Shown in pieces: positions 42,739 through 53,224 of a DNA stretch of 64,000 bases. Both the position numbers and the translations under genes were made by a program. Within the stretch, counting starts at the first letter, position 1. Every line of letters starts with the position of its first letter. This DNA comes from Methanothermococcus sp. Ax23 (GTDB lineage: Archaea > AGJL01 > Methanococci > Methanococcales > Methanococcaceae). Location: assembly GCF_049075655.1 (NCBI RefSeq), contig NZ_CP157522.1, positions 384,001 to 448,000 on the forward strand, read 5' to 3'. Under the pieces are notes generated by a model. That model saw only the letters and a program-made list of their open reading frames with translations. It made no database searches and had not been told where the DNA came from.

Positions 42739-42813
42739 TAGGGCAGCGGGGATTCGAACCCCGGACCACTCGGTTATCAGCCGAGCACTCTAACCAGGCT
42801 GAGCCACTGCCCT
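42739..42813 (-). tRNA. tRNA-Ile (GAT)
   Basis: AGGGCAG/CTGCCCT acceptor stem, CTCGG-CTGATAA-CCGAG anticodon arm, GGTTCGAATCC T-loop; CCA not encoded. Confidence 0.96.
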
Positions 42814-42922
42814 AATTGTCAATTTCACGAATTAAGAACGCAAGATGAAATAAGTTATTTTAGTATATAAACTTTTCTATAATCTAAAAATCCAAATTTA
42901 TTTTAATGGTAAGATAATACCA

Positions 42923-43741
42923 TTATATATCTAGGTTCTTTAAAACTTCTGGAATAACATTTATAATTTCTTCAATCTGCGTTCTTGGAGTAGCATTTAA
43001 ATATTCTCCCAAATGCCTGTTTATTTTAGAACCTAATACGCAAGCTTCTTCTGTTTTATATCCGCAGTATGTGAGGGAAGATACAAGACCTGTAAGGGTA
43101 TCTCCTGTTCCCCCAATGCACTCCATAGCTTCAATTTTTGGACTATTTATGGTATCCAAAATAATTCCATTTTTAACAATATAATCGGTTTCTCCCTTAA
43201 CAAGTAGATATTCTGGCATGTTGTTTTTATACGCCATTTCTATAAGCTTTGGAACTTCTGTATTGTCAATTTCAGATATAAACCCCCTTACATACGCAGG
43301 ATGCGAGCTCTTCTCATCTGCTAAAAAGGCGAGCTCCCCTACATCTGGAAGGAATAAATGAAACTTATTTCCAATACCTGCCGCCTTACCAGCATACATT
43401 CCGCCAGCATCTGCTATTATTTTTGGAGAAAAATCAATTTCTTTAATGCAGGATATTTTTGGTTTTATATAATGGATTACAAGTAAATCATCGTCAATAT
43501 TTTTCAATTCTTCGTAAATTTTCAAACTTCCGCTTCCATCCCCAATATCTCCCGCAGTTATTACAGTGGGAGCTCCCTTATTAAAATATTCAAGTGTTTT
43601 AACTACTGCACCAATCAGAGCTCCTGTTCCCATGGATACTGGAAACTCCTTATTATTTACAATTAATTTACTGCCTTTTAATTCTGCCCTTCCTTTTGTC
43701 AGTTCCAATCCTTCAATGGGCATTGTTCCAGCTATTATCAT
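42923..43741 (-). CDS. Carbohydrate-kinase/YjeF-C-like (NAD(P)HX dehydratase-like) protein
   Basis: GDIGDGSGS, IADAGGMY, VKGETD, GGTGDTLTG ribokinase-like motifs. Confidence 0.7.
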   Translation of the reverse strand: MIIAGTMPIEGLELTKGRAELKGSKLIVNNKEFPVSMGTGALIGAVVKTLEYFNKGAPTVITAGDIGDGSGSLKIYEELKNIDDDLLVIHYIKPKISCIKEIDFSPKIIADAGGMYAGKAAGIGNKFHLFLPDVGELAFLADEKSSHPAYVRGFISEIDNTEVPKLIEMAYKNNMPEYLLVKGETDYIVKNGIILDTINSPKIEAMECIGGTGDTLTGLVSSLTYCGYKTEEACVLGSKINRHLGEYLNATPRTQIEEIINVIPEVLKNLDI

Positions 43742-44301
43742 TTTTCCACCGCCAATTCTTTTGCCTTTTCAAATGCCTTGTTTAGTGTGTATGCACATAA
43801 TGTGTATCCCAATGTTTTTGGAGATTCCTCTTCCTTTATATCTTTAATATTTCTACCCCTCATTTTTAATGTGAGGTATGGAACATCAGGACATCCGCCG
43901 CCGGAGATATTTAAAATATTCCCTTCTTTATCTATTGTTATTTTCATATTTCCGCATCTAACCATTAAATAATCATCATCTAGCTTTTTTATCTTTACCA
44001 GTTCAAGTGGCTTTAATGAATAGTCGTTTAATGATATAAATTTTAAAGGTTCTATATTGTTTTCCCTTAACTCTCGTTTAATGCCCGTTTCTTCAACCAA
44101 ATCATATTCAATTGCCAAATCACAACCTTCTCTAATTTCGGGAGGAGGAGCTACAACGGAAATATTATAATTTTTAAGAATTTTTTCTGATTTCATGGCA
44201 TCTTTAACATTTTTAAATATGATTAGCCCATTTTTATCCATTTTTTCATTTTCTGCTTTATCATCTTTTTTAAAAATAGAAGCTATTTTTTTAAAAACCA
44301 T
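43738..44301 (-). CDS. DUF3343 domain protein
   Basis: F.NVKDAMKSEK, APPPEIREGCDLAI, SGGGCPDVPY. Confidence 0.7.
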   Translation of the reverse strand: MVFKKIASIFKKDDKAENEKMDKNGLIIFKNVKDAMKSEKILKNYNISVVAPPPEIREGCDLAIEYDLVEETGIKRELRENNIEPLKFISLNDYSLKPLELVKIKKLDDDYLMVRCGNMKITIDKEGNILNISGGGCPDVPYLTLKMRGRNIKDIKEEESPKTLGYTLCAYTLNKAFEKAKELAVEK

Positions 44302-44402
44302 GGTTTCACCATTAATTAAACAATAGAAAAGAAATGCAAGATTAGACCACAAATTTGTATAAATAATAACACCAGAATAAAATAGAATGTAAATAATATA
44401 GT

Positions 44403-44876
44403 TTATAAAAGTATTGCTTTAACTAATGGTGCAACATACATATGGAATATGACTGCCCCAACTGCAAGACCTAATACATATGTGATAGCAGTTTTATTCC
44501 CCTCAGCTGCCATAACATAGTTTCTTAATGGACATCCCCCTTGAATCACTGACAAGAATCCCACTCCAAATCCTCCAACACATGCCAATATTAAATGACC
44601 CACTACTGTTCCACTAGCTCCGAGAGGATCCCCCGGAATTGGAGTTAATAATCCTTTTTCTAACATCCACGGAAATGCTGAAATATGCCCCATAGCACTA
44701 AAAATGGCATATCCAATAAATGCACCAGCAATGGTCCCCAATAATCCTTTTAATAAATAGCTATCTTTTATGAGATAAAAATCCCTCATTCCACCAACAA
44801 AACACATTCTTGACCTTTGGAATAAGTAGCCCAACGCTATACCAAACAGCAATGTTCCTATTGCATGAATATACAT
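44403..44876 (-). CDS. YeeE/YedE sulfur/selenium transporter, C-terminal half
   Basis: QRSRMCFVGG.RD and GGCPLR..V.AAEGN motifs; hydrophobic. Confidence 0.8.
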   Translation of the reverse strand: MYIHAIGTLLFGIALGYLFQRSRMCFVGGMRDFYLIKDSYLLKGLLGTIAGAFIGYAIFSAMGHISAFPWMLEKGLLTPIPGDPLGASGTVVGHLILACVGGFGVGFLSVIQGGCPLRNYVMAAEGNKTAITYVLGLAVGAVIFHMYVAPLVKAILL

Positions 44877-44911
44877 AAAATCACCTTCTTTTAACTAAAT
44901 ATTGTCGTTAT

Positions 44912-45409
44912 TTATACATTCTTCTTTAAATAAACTTCACTAGCCACTATAACTCCGATAAACATGGCCACTAAACTTATAAGTGCTATAATATCTCCGT
45001 AGGCAGTCCTAAGGGATTCCCTAACTGGACAACCACCCATTAATAGGGCAAATATAATCACTAAAACACCGAGAACAAAACCTAATATCGGACTGTGAGT
45101 TTGCTTTAATTTAAATTCCTTGTGAGCATTTGAAGCAATAAATGCACCTACGAATATACCAACAACAGTTAAAACAGGAGCATAATTTGAAGCGACTATT
45201 CCAGTAGCAGCGTCTTTAAACACAGGAGCCACAAACAATTTAGTATCGAATATGCCTATTTTATTTACTATCCAATTTACTAAATCTCTTGTATGGCAGG
45301 CTATACAAATACCATATGCAGGTGGTGCGGTTATCTTAAAAAACGCCTGCAATATTGCCGCAGAAAATCCCGCAGCTAAACCCGCCATCAATGGAGTTAT
45401 TTTTTTCAT
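44912..45409 (-). CDS. YeeE/YedE sulfur/selenium transporter, N-terminal half
   Basis: YGICIACHTRD and GGCPVR motifs; hydrophobic. Confidence 0.78.
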   Translation of the reverse strand: MKKITPLMAGLAAGFSAAILQAFFKITAPPAYGICIACHTRDLVNWIVNKIGIFDTKLFVAPVFKDAATGIVASNYAPVLTVVGIFVGAFIASNAHKEFKLKQTHSPILGFVLGVLVIIFALLMGGCPVRESLRTAYGDIIALISLVAMFIGVIVASEVYLKKNV

Positions 45410-45622
45410 ACTTTCACCCATTAGATATTTTAATAACAATTTTATGGAATCTACACTTGTTTTTAGTATGTTTCATAATATATATATCTTACTTTTTAAA
45501 AAATTTAATAATAATAGTGGTTATTAGGTAATTTAATATAAAAAAACCATATATAATAATAAAAATTTTATATAATCAAATGAAAAAAGAAAAACACCAT
45601 ATAACAATACATGGGGGGCATT

Positions 45623-46225
45623 ATGAAACTTACAGAGAAAAGAATTGTATATCTTTGTTTTACAGCAGTTTTGATGGGGGTTGCATTTTTACATTTTTAT
45701 GAGCTCACACCAAAAACCAAAAAGATAGCGGATATTAACGAAGGGGATTATGTCAAGATTACGGGGATTATTCAGGACATGAAGGTAATAAAAGATGATT
45801 ACGGATATATCCAAAAAATTAAATATATCAAAATAAGGGATGATTCCGGGGGAGATTTAAGGATATATGCATTTAAAGAAATAAATGAGGATTTAACTAA
45901 TTATATCAAAAGCACAAATCCTACAATCAAAAAAGGGGATGTTGTTGAAGTAATTGGGACTATTAAAGTATATAATGGATTTTATGAGATAATTTTGGAT
46001 GATATATCCAATTTTAAATTAATTGAAAAGAAAAATTTTAAGAGAGACATATATTTATCTCCAACCCCAACTAATATTTATGCTTCAAAATATGGAAAAA
46101 CATACCATACAACTCAAAATTGTCCGTATGGAAACAAAATAAAGGAAGATAACAGAATTTATTTCTATTCTGAGGAGGATGCAAAAGAACTAGGTTATAA
46201 AAAATGTAAATGGTGTGGGGAATGA
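45623..46225 (+). CDS. Membrane-anchored OB-fold protein with C-terminal Ada-like metal-binding domain
   Basis: N-terminal TM, OB-fold (GDVVEVIG..KVYNG..EI), YH...C...A...GYKKCKWC. Confidence 0.7.
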   Translation: MKLTEKRIVYLCFTAVLMGVAFLHFYELTPKTKKIADINEGDYVKITGIIQDMKVIKDDYGYIQKIKYIKIRDDSGGDLRIYAFKEINEDLTNYIKSTNPTIKKGDVVEVIGTIKVYNGFYEIILDDISNFKLIEKKNFKRDIYLSPTPTNIYASKYGKTYHTTQNCPYGNKIKEDNRIYFYSEEDAKELGYKKCKWCGE

Positions 46226-47430
46226 ATCAGATGTTCAATATATTTAATTTATTTTTTTTATTTTTAGGATGTATTTGTGGAACTTTTACAGGATTACTTC
46301 CGGGAATTCATCCAAATACTCTCATACCAATTTCGTTCTTAATACTTCCATATATCGGTTCTCAAAATTATGTATGTTTTTTAATAGGCATGGTAATTAC
46401 TCATTATTTTATAAATTATATACCTTCGGCATTCATTGGTGTTCCAGACGATGAAACTGCTGTCTCTGTCCTTCCATTGCACAACCTAACCTTAAAAGGA
46501 TATGGATATGAAGGAGTAATATTATGCGGATTTGGTGGATTTGTTGGAATAATTATTTCATTGTTTGTATTGTTTTTATTATACTCTATAAACTTAGATT
46601 TACATGGAGCATACCAATCATTTAAGCCATTTATTCCTTATGTGTTAATTTCATTGTTATTTATCACAGTCATCTTTTCAAAAAACAGATTTTGGAGTAT
46701 TGTTATTATAATTTTATCGGGTTTTTTCGGTATTGAAGCACTGTATAATCATCCGTCTATTAATAATATATTAACTGCAATATTTACAGGGATGTTCGGG
46801 ATTCCCCTATTGTTGGAGAATTTAAAAACAGATAAAATAAATCATCAAATCATCACATTTCCTGATTTAAATCTGTCCATTTTAAAGTCCGCTTTTGCTG
46901 GAACCATTGGTGGATTTATAAGAATATTTTTACCTGCCATTGGCGGAGCTCAGATAAATTTCTTTTTAAGCAAACTCATAAGGGAGGACAATATAAAAAA
47001 TTTCTTAGTGTCTCAGGGAGCAATTACACTTTCAAACGAGGTTTTTTCCATTCTTGCCCTTTTATTAATTGGATACGGAAGAAGCGGAACAGCTGTGGCA
47101 ATAAAAAATCTATCAATTGATTTAAATTTTAATATTATTGTTTATATGCTAATAGTGACTGGGTTAGGATACGCCATTTTGTGCTTTATCTCAAAATATT
47201 TTTTAAGGTATATGTCATATATTAACTATGGAAAAATTTCATTTTATTTAATCCTATTCTGTAGTGCCGTTGTTTTTATATTAGGGTATTTTTCAAATTA
47301 TTTATTTTACTACCTTGTAGTATATGTCGTATCAGCGTGTTTGGGAATATTATGTGTAAAATCTAGGGTAAATATGTCCTACATGATGAGTGTTCTTGTG
47401 TTTCCAACAGTTTTATATTATATTAGTTAA
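46222..47430 (+). CDS. Tripartite tricarboxylate transporter TctA-family permease (DUF112)
   Basis: GTFTGLLPGIHPN and IPSAFIGVPD motifs; many TM segments. Confidence 0.8.
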   Translation: MNQMFNIFNLFFLFLGCICGTFTGLLPGIHPNTLIPISFLILPYIGSQNYVCFLIGMVITHYFINYIPSAFIGVPDDETAVSVLPLHNLTLKGYGYEGVILCGFGGFVGIIISLFVLFLLYSINLDLHGAYQSFKPFIPYVLISLLFITVIFSKNRFWSIVIIILSGFFGIEALYNHPSINNILTAIFTGMFGIPLLLENLKTDKINHQIITFPDLNLSILKSAFAGTIGGFIRIFLPAIGGAQINFFLSKLIREDNIKNFLVSQGAITLSNEVFSILALLLIGYGRSGTAVAIKNLSIDLNFNIIVYMLIVTGLGYAILCFISKYFLRYMSYINYGKISFYLILFCSAVVFILGYFSNYLFYYLVVYVVSACLGILCVKSRVNMSYMMSVLVFPTVLYYIS

Positions 47431-47440
47431 TATTAGGATC

Positions 47441-48820
47441 TGACATACTCCCACGACTGAAGTCGTGGGGTTCTTTAGCAGGGTCTAACCCTACATGGGT
47501 TGCCAAGCCCACTACCCCTATCTCCGTTTAGGAGATTCAGGGCTACGCTACATGAAAATACTTTTTTTAAAATATTCAAAGCCCCGTTAATATCAGCATT
47601 CAACACAATCCCGCAATTACTGCATACATATAAACCCCTATACTTCCTATTACTCTTTTTAACCACACCACAATTACTACAAGTTTGAGAAGTATAAGAT
47701 TCATTAACCTGTTCTACTGTTAATCCCCTTTCCTCTGCTTTATACTGTATCATACTTACTAACCTACCAAAAGGTATCTTGTGTATTTTCTCGTTGTTCT
47801 TTCTACCAATATCAATACTTGAAATGCCCTTGTTTAACTCACCAATGACAACCCTTGAAACTTTGTTATCCACTGCAAAATCGATAATCATCTTACTGAC
47901 CTTATGAAGATAATCCTTAGTGTAGTTTTTCTCCTTTACTGTTAAGTGTGATAATCTTTTGTTATTCTTTAACTCCTGTTTTGTTAGTGCAGACTGTATT
48001 TTCCCCTTTGTTTTAGCAAACCATCGGAATTTAGAAATTAATCTCCTTCCATCGTAGATTACTGCACTGCCCGTGTTAGTTACTGCGGTCGCTAAATTCT
48101 TAATTCCTAAATCAATGCTCAGTATATTGCTTTCTTTAACTGGTTTTTGAATTACTGGTTTCTTATATATTAAATGAAGCATATAATAAGTTATACCATA
48201 GATTTTATGTGGAACTATTTCAACTTCTTTAACCTGCATGGTATCAAGCGGTAGAGTTTTCGATAACTCTACCCATAAGTACTTGGACTTGATACCATGC
48301 TTCTCTTTGAGATAGTTTTTAGTTTGTTTAGATAATGATAACCTTAACTTATTGCCTATGATTTTGAAACCTTGCTTCTTCCATTTTACTGGAAAATGCC
48401 CGTCTTTTGGTTGGTATCGTGGTCTTTTAGTGTGCTGTTTGAAAAAGTTATCCCATGCTATTGTGAGTCTTTGGCATACTGCCTGTGCTGACTGTGAGTG
48501 CAGGTTTTTAAACCAGAAGTTGTTCTTCATTTGAACATCTATTTTATTTGGTTTAATATTTCGTTGTATTACTTTATAATTGGATGTATTCCAGAGTTTT
48601 GATGCTGAGTAGGTTAAATGGTTTATGATTGTTAATTGTTCATTGGTTAGTTTTCTTGTTAGGTTTATTGTCAGCACTCTGGTTACTTGCATGGAATTCA
48701 CCAAATTTATATATGCCATTATTCTAATTACACTCATATATTATGTAGTTGAGCATATAAAAAAATGATGTCCGCCTATCATCCAACGATTAAAATCGTT
48801 GGCTTTCTCGGCGGTTTATC
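47441..48820 (-). mobile_element. IS200/IS605 family (IS1341 group, tnpB only) element inserted 3' of TTAC
   Basis: Left-end hairpin CCAACGAT-TTTA-ATCGTTGG, right-end hairpin CCACGAC-TTCA-GTCGTGG, GTCA terminus; ends shared with 31274-31594. Confidence 0.88.
47475..48692 (-). CDS. tnpB: RNA-guided endonuclease TnpB (intact)
   Basis: RuvC D (SIDLG), E (IGEL), D (NADING); Zn finger CSNC..CSNC; GGTGA RBS before ATG 48692. Confidence 0.92.
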   Translation of the reverse strand: MQVTRVLTINLTRKLTNEQLTIINHLTYSASKLWNTSNYKVIQRNIKPNKIDVQMKNNFWFKNLHSQSAQAVCQRLTIAWDNFFKQHTKRPRYQPKDGHFPVKWKKQGFKIIGNKLRLSLSKQTKNYLKEKHGIKSKYLWVELSKTLPLDTMQVKEVEIVPHKIYGITYYMLHLIYKKPVIQKPVKESNILSIDLGIKNLATAVTNTGSAVIYDGRRLISKFRWFAKTKGKIQSALTKQELKNNKRLSHLTVKEKNYTKDYLHKVSKMIIDFAVDNKVSRVVIGELNKGISSIDIGRKNNEKIHKIPFGRLVSMIQYKAEERGLTVEQVNESYTSQTCSNCGVVKKSNRKYRGLYVCSNCGIVLNADINGALNILKKVFSCSVALNLLNGDRGSGLGNPCRVRPC

Positions 48821-48876
48821 GTAATTTTATTTACTTTCATATTATATCATGGTAATAATATTTAGCTGGTGAAAAT

Positions 48877-50094
48877 ATGGACTTTAAAATAATAGATAAC
48901 GGCGTAATAGCACCAAAAGGATTTAAAGCAAATGGAGTTAAAGAAGGAAAATACGGTGTGGGCTTAATATATTCAGAAAAAGACTGCATAGCAGCTGCAA
49001 CCTTTACAACAAATAAGGTTGTGGCACATCCCGTAAATCTATCAAAGGAAATTTTAAAAAATAATAGGGATAAAATAAGAGCAATTGTGGCAAACAGCGG
49101 TAATGCAAACTGCTTTACAAAAAATGGATACTACGATGCAAAGGAAATGATAAAAGAAACTGCAAAATTGCTAAATATTCCTGAAAACAGCATTTTAATA
49201 GCATCAACTGGAGTAATTGGAAGAAAGATGCCAATGGATATTATAAAAGACAGAATAAAAAATGCATACAATAGATTAACAGAAAAAAGCGATAATAACA
49301 ATACAGCAAAGGCTATAATGACGACAGACAGATTTCCAAAAACCATTGCAGTAGAATTTGAAGTGAATGGAAAAACTGTAAAAATTGGAGGAATAGCAAA
49401 AGGAGCAGGTATGATAGCACCAGATATGCTACACGCAACGATGTTATGCTTTATTACAACAGATATAAAAATAAACAATAGCGATTTAACAAAATCCATT
49501 CAAAATGCAGTAGATAAATCATTTAACAACGCTGTTGTGGATGGGGACACCAGCACAAATGATACGGTGTTTGTTCTTGCAAACGGTGAAAGTGGAGTTG
49601 AATATAAAGAATGTGCCGAGCTCTTCGATAATGCATTAACATACATATGCATAGAACTGGCAAAGATGATGGTAATGGATGGAGAGGGAAGCACCAAGCT
49701 CATGGAAGTTTGTGTAAAGGGCTGTGCATCAGAGGAAGATGCAATAAAAGCATCAAAGTCTGTTGTTAGGTCTTTGCTTGTAAAAACTGCACTTTATGGG
49801 GAGGACCCAAACTGGGGAAGAATCACAGCCGCAGTTGGATACAGCGGTGTAGAGATGGATATGGATAAAATGGATGTGTTAATTTCCGATTTTGAAAAAG
49901 AGGTTTATCTTGTTAAAGATGGTATCCCAATTGCCGACGAGGGAACAAAAGAGTTAGAGCTCGCAGAGGATATTATGAAAAATGACAAAATAAAGATAGT
50001 CGTTGATTTAAAGATTGGAAATTATGAAAACACTTCCTATGGTTGTGATTTAGGGCATGACTATGTGCAACTGAATTCAGAATATACCACATAA
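48877..50094 (+). CDS. argJ: Ornithine acetyltransferase / N-acetylglutamate synthase ArgJ
   Basis: NSGNANC, STGVIG, KGAGMIAPDM..TML, VDGDTSTND, DPNWGRI. Confidence 0.95.
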   Translation: MDFKIIDNGVIAPKGFKANGVKEGKYGVGLIYSEKDCIAAATFTTNKVVAHPVNLSKEILKNNRDKIRAIVANSGNANCFTKNGYYDAKEMIKETAKLLNIPENSILIASTGVIGRKMPMDIIKDRIKNAYNRLTEKSDNNNTAKAIMTTDRFPKTIAVEFEVNGKTVKIGGIAKGAGMIAPDMLHATMLCFITTDIKINNSDLTKSIQNAVDKSFNNAVVDGDTSTNDTVFVLANGESGVEYKECAELFDNALTYICIELAKMMVMDGEGSTKLMEVCVKGCASEEDAIKASKSVVRSLLVKTALYGEDPNWGRITAAVGYSGVEMDMDKMDVLISDFEKEVYLVKDGIPIADEGTKELELAEDIMKNDKIKIVVDLKIGNYENTSYGCDLGHDYVQLNSEYTT

Positions 50095-50256
50095 TTTATT
50101 TTTATTTATATGCTTTTTTCTATTGCTTTTATTTGTTATTTTTTAATATTTTTTTAATATATTAAATTATAGATTTGAATATTTAAAATAATATCAATTA
50201 ACTTTTTTAATAACTTACTACTATCTATTTTAAAAATATTTAACCACGGTGAATTT

Positions 50257-50916
50257 ATGATAATTTTTGGATTATTCGGTAAAACAGGATGTGGAAAAAC
50301 AGAAATTTTACAGGAATTAAAAAAATACCATCCTGTTGTAGATATTGAAGAATGTGGAAACACGAGAGGAAGCGTATTGGGTGATTTATACCACCTAAAA
50401 CAGCATTCGCAAGAGGAATTTGAAAAACTATTAAAGAAACAGCAAGAAAAAGCAGAAGAAAAGGGCTACTGCATCGTAGAATTTGAAGGACGGAAAATAG
50501 GTGGAACAGAAAAACTAAATATTCCTGAACCATTTTCCAACCTGAAATACTACAATTACAGTATAATAATAGAATGCCCCTATGAATGCCAAATACAGCG
50601 ACTTTTAAAATACTACCTTCCAAAAAACAGTATGGAAAAAGAAATTCTTATTTCAAAATTCAAAACCCTTAAAACACTTTTAACTAGGCCTGAAAAATTG
50701 GAGGCGTTGGATAATATACTAGAACTAATTGAAAAGGATGATTATTACAGTGCCGCAGTAGTTATTGAGGAAAAACTATACCGAGAACACTATATGAGGT
50801 CTATTAAAAAAGTTAAACCTGATTTAGTGATTTACAATGAAGACATGGGCAAATCCGTTGAAATAATAAACAATTTTGTCAATGAAAAATTAAAGAAATG
50901 TGGTATAATCAGATAA
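50257..50916 (+). CDS. Selenouridine synthase SelU-like subunit (P-loop half)
   Basis: GKTGCGKTEIL P-loop, RGSVLG, EFEGRKIG. Confidence 0.8.
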   Translation: MIIFGLFGKTGCGKTEILQELKKYHPVVDIEECGNTRGSVLGDLYHLKQHSQEEFEKLLKKQQEKAEEKGYCIVEFEGRKIGGTEKLNIPEPFSNLKYYNYSIIIECPYECQIQRLLKYYLPKNSMEKEILISKFKTLKTLLTRPEKLEALDNILELIEKDDYYSAAVVIEEKLYREHYMRSIKKVKPDLVIYNEDMGKSVEIINNFVNEKLKKCGIIR

Positions 50917-50980
50917 TTTAAATAAATTAATTAAATAGATAACTCAATATAAACCATATAAATAAATTTAAAGGGATATA

Positions 50981-51634
50981 ATGGACGAAGAAATACTTTC
51001 AAGATTATTAACATTTAAAAATGATGTAATATTAGTAATACAATTAAAAGACGGAAGAAAAATGATAACTGATGGTAAAAAAATACTTGCTGGAAAAATA
51101 AGCGGAGAGCTCGCATCATTTATTTTAAATTACTCAAAAAATATTGACTCCCCAACTGTTGTAGAGTATAATGACGAGCTCCTATATTTTGAACCTATCG
51201 ACATTAAAAAATATCTGAGCTCCATAGGAAAAGAGCTTATAGATGAGCTCATCACCATTTCGGAATTTGAAGAGATGGATAAGGATAATATTATAATTGT
51301 AGATGCAAGAGCTCCGAGAGAATATGCTGAAAAAACAATTCCTAATGCCATAAATATTCCGCTGTTTTTAGACGGAGAACATGAATTAATAGGGAAAACC
51401 TATAAAAAAGAGGGAAAAGATAAAGCAATGACTCTTGCATCAGATATCATCGGAGAAGGAATAAAAAGGATAACTAAAACAGCAGTTAAACTTGATAGAA
51501 ACAAGACAGTTGTTGTATTTTGTGCAAGAGGTGGGATGAGAAGTCAGGCCATTGCCACAATCTTTAAATTATTGGGCTTTAAAGTTAAACGATTGGTCGG
51601 CGGATTTAAGAGCTATAATTTAAATAAAAGTTAA
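50981..51634 (+). CDS. Selenouridine synthase SelU-like subunit (rhodanese half)
   Basis: [41 protein letters not shown]. Confidence 0.82.
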   Translation: MDEEILSRLLTFKNDVILVIQLKDGRKMITDGKKILAGKISGELASFILNYSKNIDSPTVVEYNDELLYFEPIDIKKYLSSIGKELIDELITISEFEEMDKDNIIIVDARAPREYAEKTIPNAINIPLFLDGEHELIGKTYKKEGKDKAMTLASDIIGEGIKRITKTAVKLDRNKTVVVFCARGGMRSQAIATIFKLLGFKVKRLVGGFKSYNLNKS

Positions 51635-51654
51635 TGAGAAAATAATAAATTAAA

Positions 51655-52281
51655 TTATATCTTTTTAATTTTTTCAAAAGGTATTGCTCCCTCTCTTATG
51701 AGCTCTACATTATCATCCACTATTTTAATTATTGTAGATGGAGTTTTATATTTACATGTCCCAGTATCAATTATTAAATCCACTTTTTCCTTCAATTCTT
51801 CGCTTATTTCATCAGCAGAGGTTGGAGATTCTTCCCCGCTTAAATTTGCACTTGTTGCAGTTAATGGGATTATGGATAATTCCCTTATTATTTTGCTATC
51901 TGGAATCCTTATTCCAATATAATCCTTTGAAACAATATCTGGTATTATATCTTTTTTCTTCAATATTATTGTCAGAGCTCCGGGTAAAAACTTATCAATT
52001 ATTTTTTTGGAGATGTCATTTGTATATGCATATTTTTCAATATCCTCTTTGTCCTTTAAAAATATTGAAATAGGTTTATTTGGGTCTCTTTTTTTCAATT
52101 CATAAACCTTTTTAACTGCATTTTCATCTAATGCATTTGCACATAGCCCGTAAAGAGTATCTGTCCCGCAAATGATTATTTTTCCATCTAAAATCATCTT
52201 TTTAATGCTTTCTATTTCCTTTTTAATTTTTTCATTTAACTCTTTATCCCCTTCCAAGTCATTCAATTTTACTATCTTCAT
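51655..52281 (-). CDS. Threonylcarbamoyl-AMP synthase (Sua5/TsaC/YrdC)
   Basis: TDTLYGL, LKKRDPNKPI, PGALT, ATSANLSG, PSTII. Confidence 0.92.
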   Translation of the reverse strand: MKIVKLNDLEGDKELNEKIKKEIESIKKMILDGKIIICGTDTLYGLCANALDENAVKKVYELKKRDPNKPISIFLKDKEDIEKYAYTNDISKKIIDKFLPGALTIILKKKDIIPDIVSKDYIGIRIPDSKIIRELSIIPLTATSANLSGEESPTSADEISEELKEKVDLIIDTGTCKYKTPSTIIKIVDDNVELIREGAIPFEKIKKI

Positions 52282-52285
52282 AATA

Positions 52286-53047
52286 TCACTTAATCACAGC
52301 GTCTTTTAATGCTTCTGCACAATAACAACTTTTTTCATAGTCGTAATGTATAAAATCCTCAACTATTTTTAAAATTCTTTCTTCCATTTCCCTTATTGTA
52401 TCAAAAACCTCACTAACTGTTAATTTATGCTTGGATATGCCTGTGCAGTAGTTAGATACTGAACATAATGATGCATAACATATTCCGAGCTCCCTTGCAA
52501 GAACAACCTCGGGGTATCCAGTCATTCCAACAACATCCCCCACAGTTTTATAAAAGTTTATCTCTGCCTTTGTTTCAAACCTTGGTCCTTCTGTGCATAC
52601 ATACACCCCCTCGTTATATTCGTAGTCTCTTTTGTTCAGCATGTCCTTCAAAATATTTATCATCTCTGGACAGTAAGGCTCTGAAACATCTATATGGACT
52701 ACTACACCATCTTCTCCATCGTAAAATGTGCATTCCCTTGCCTTTGTAAATTCTATAAAATCATTTGGAACAAAAAATGTTCCCGGTTTTACATGTTCCT
52801 TCAATGAGCCAACAGAATTTATTGCCAAAATTCTATCAACACCGAGCTCCTTCAACGCGTATAAATTTGCCCGATAGTTTATCTTATGTGGTGGGGTGTT
52901 GTGTTTTAATCCATGCCTAAACAGCAAAACTGTATCATTTTCATCATCTATTAAAACCTTTGATTTTCCGTATTTTGTGTTTATTATTTTCTCTTCGCCT
53001 TTGTTTAATATGGATGATACTCCGGTTCCTCCAATTATTCCTATCAA
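52286..53047 (-). CDS. mtnP: S-methyl-5'-thioadenosine/thioinosine phosphorylase
   Basis: GIIGGTG, RHG..H..PPHKINYRAN, EGPRFETKAE, VVGMT. Confidence 0.88.
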   Translation of the reverse strand: MIGIIGGTGVSSILNKGEEKIINTKYGKSKVLIDDENDTVLLFRHGLKHNTPPHKINYRANLYALKELGVDRILAINSVGSLKEHVKPGTFFVPNDFIEFTKARECTFYDGEDGVVVHIDVSEPYCPEMINILKDMLNKRDYEYNEGVYVCTEGPRFETKAEINFYKTVGDVVGMTGYPEVVLARELGICYASLCSVSNYCTGISKHKLTVSEVFDTIREMEERILKIVEDFIHYDYEKSCYCAEALKDAVIK

Positions 53048-53224
53048 AATACCACCTACTATTTTTATTTAATATAATGTAAATATATTGACATTCGTAT
53101 CTATTATTTTATTATTGACTATATTATCCATTATATCTATCAAATATGATTTATTAAACACAATTCATAAATACAAATAATATCTAATGAATTAAAGGAA
53201 TATATAATACTGGTGATGATTTAA

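Noticed and set aside
42505-42813. Integrated virus or plasmid at tRNA-Ile
   Set aside because: The direct repeats are only 218 bp apart and no integrase is present; at most a scar
50257-51634. Split selU as a pseudogene
   Set aside because: Two-gene SelU is the known arrangement in Methanococcales; both ORFs are intact with RBSs
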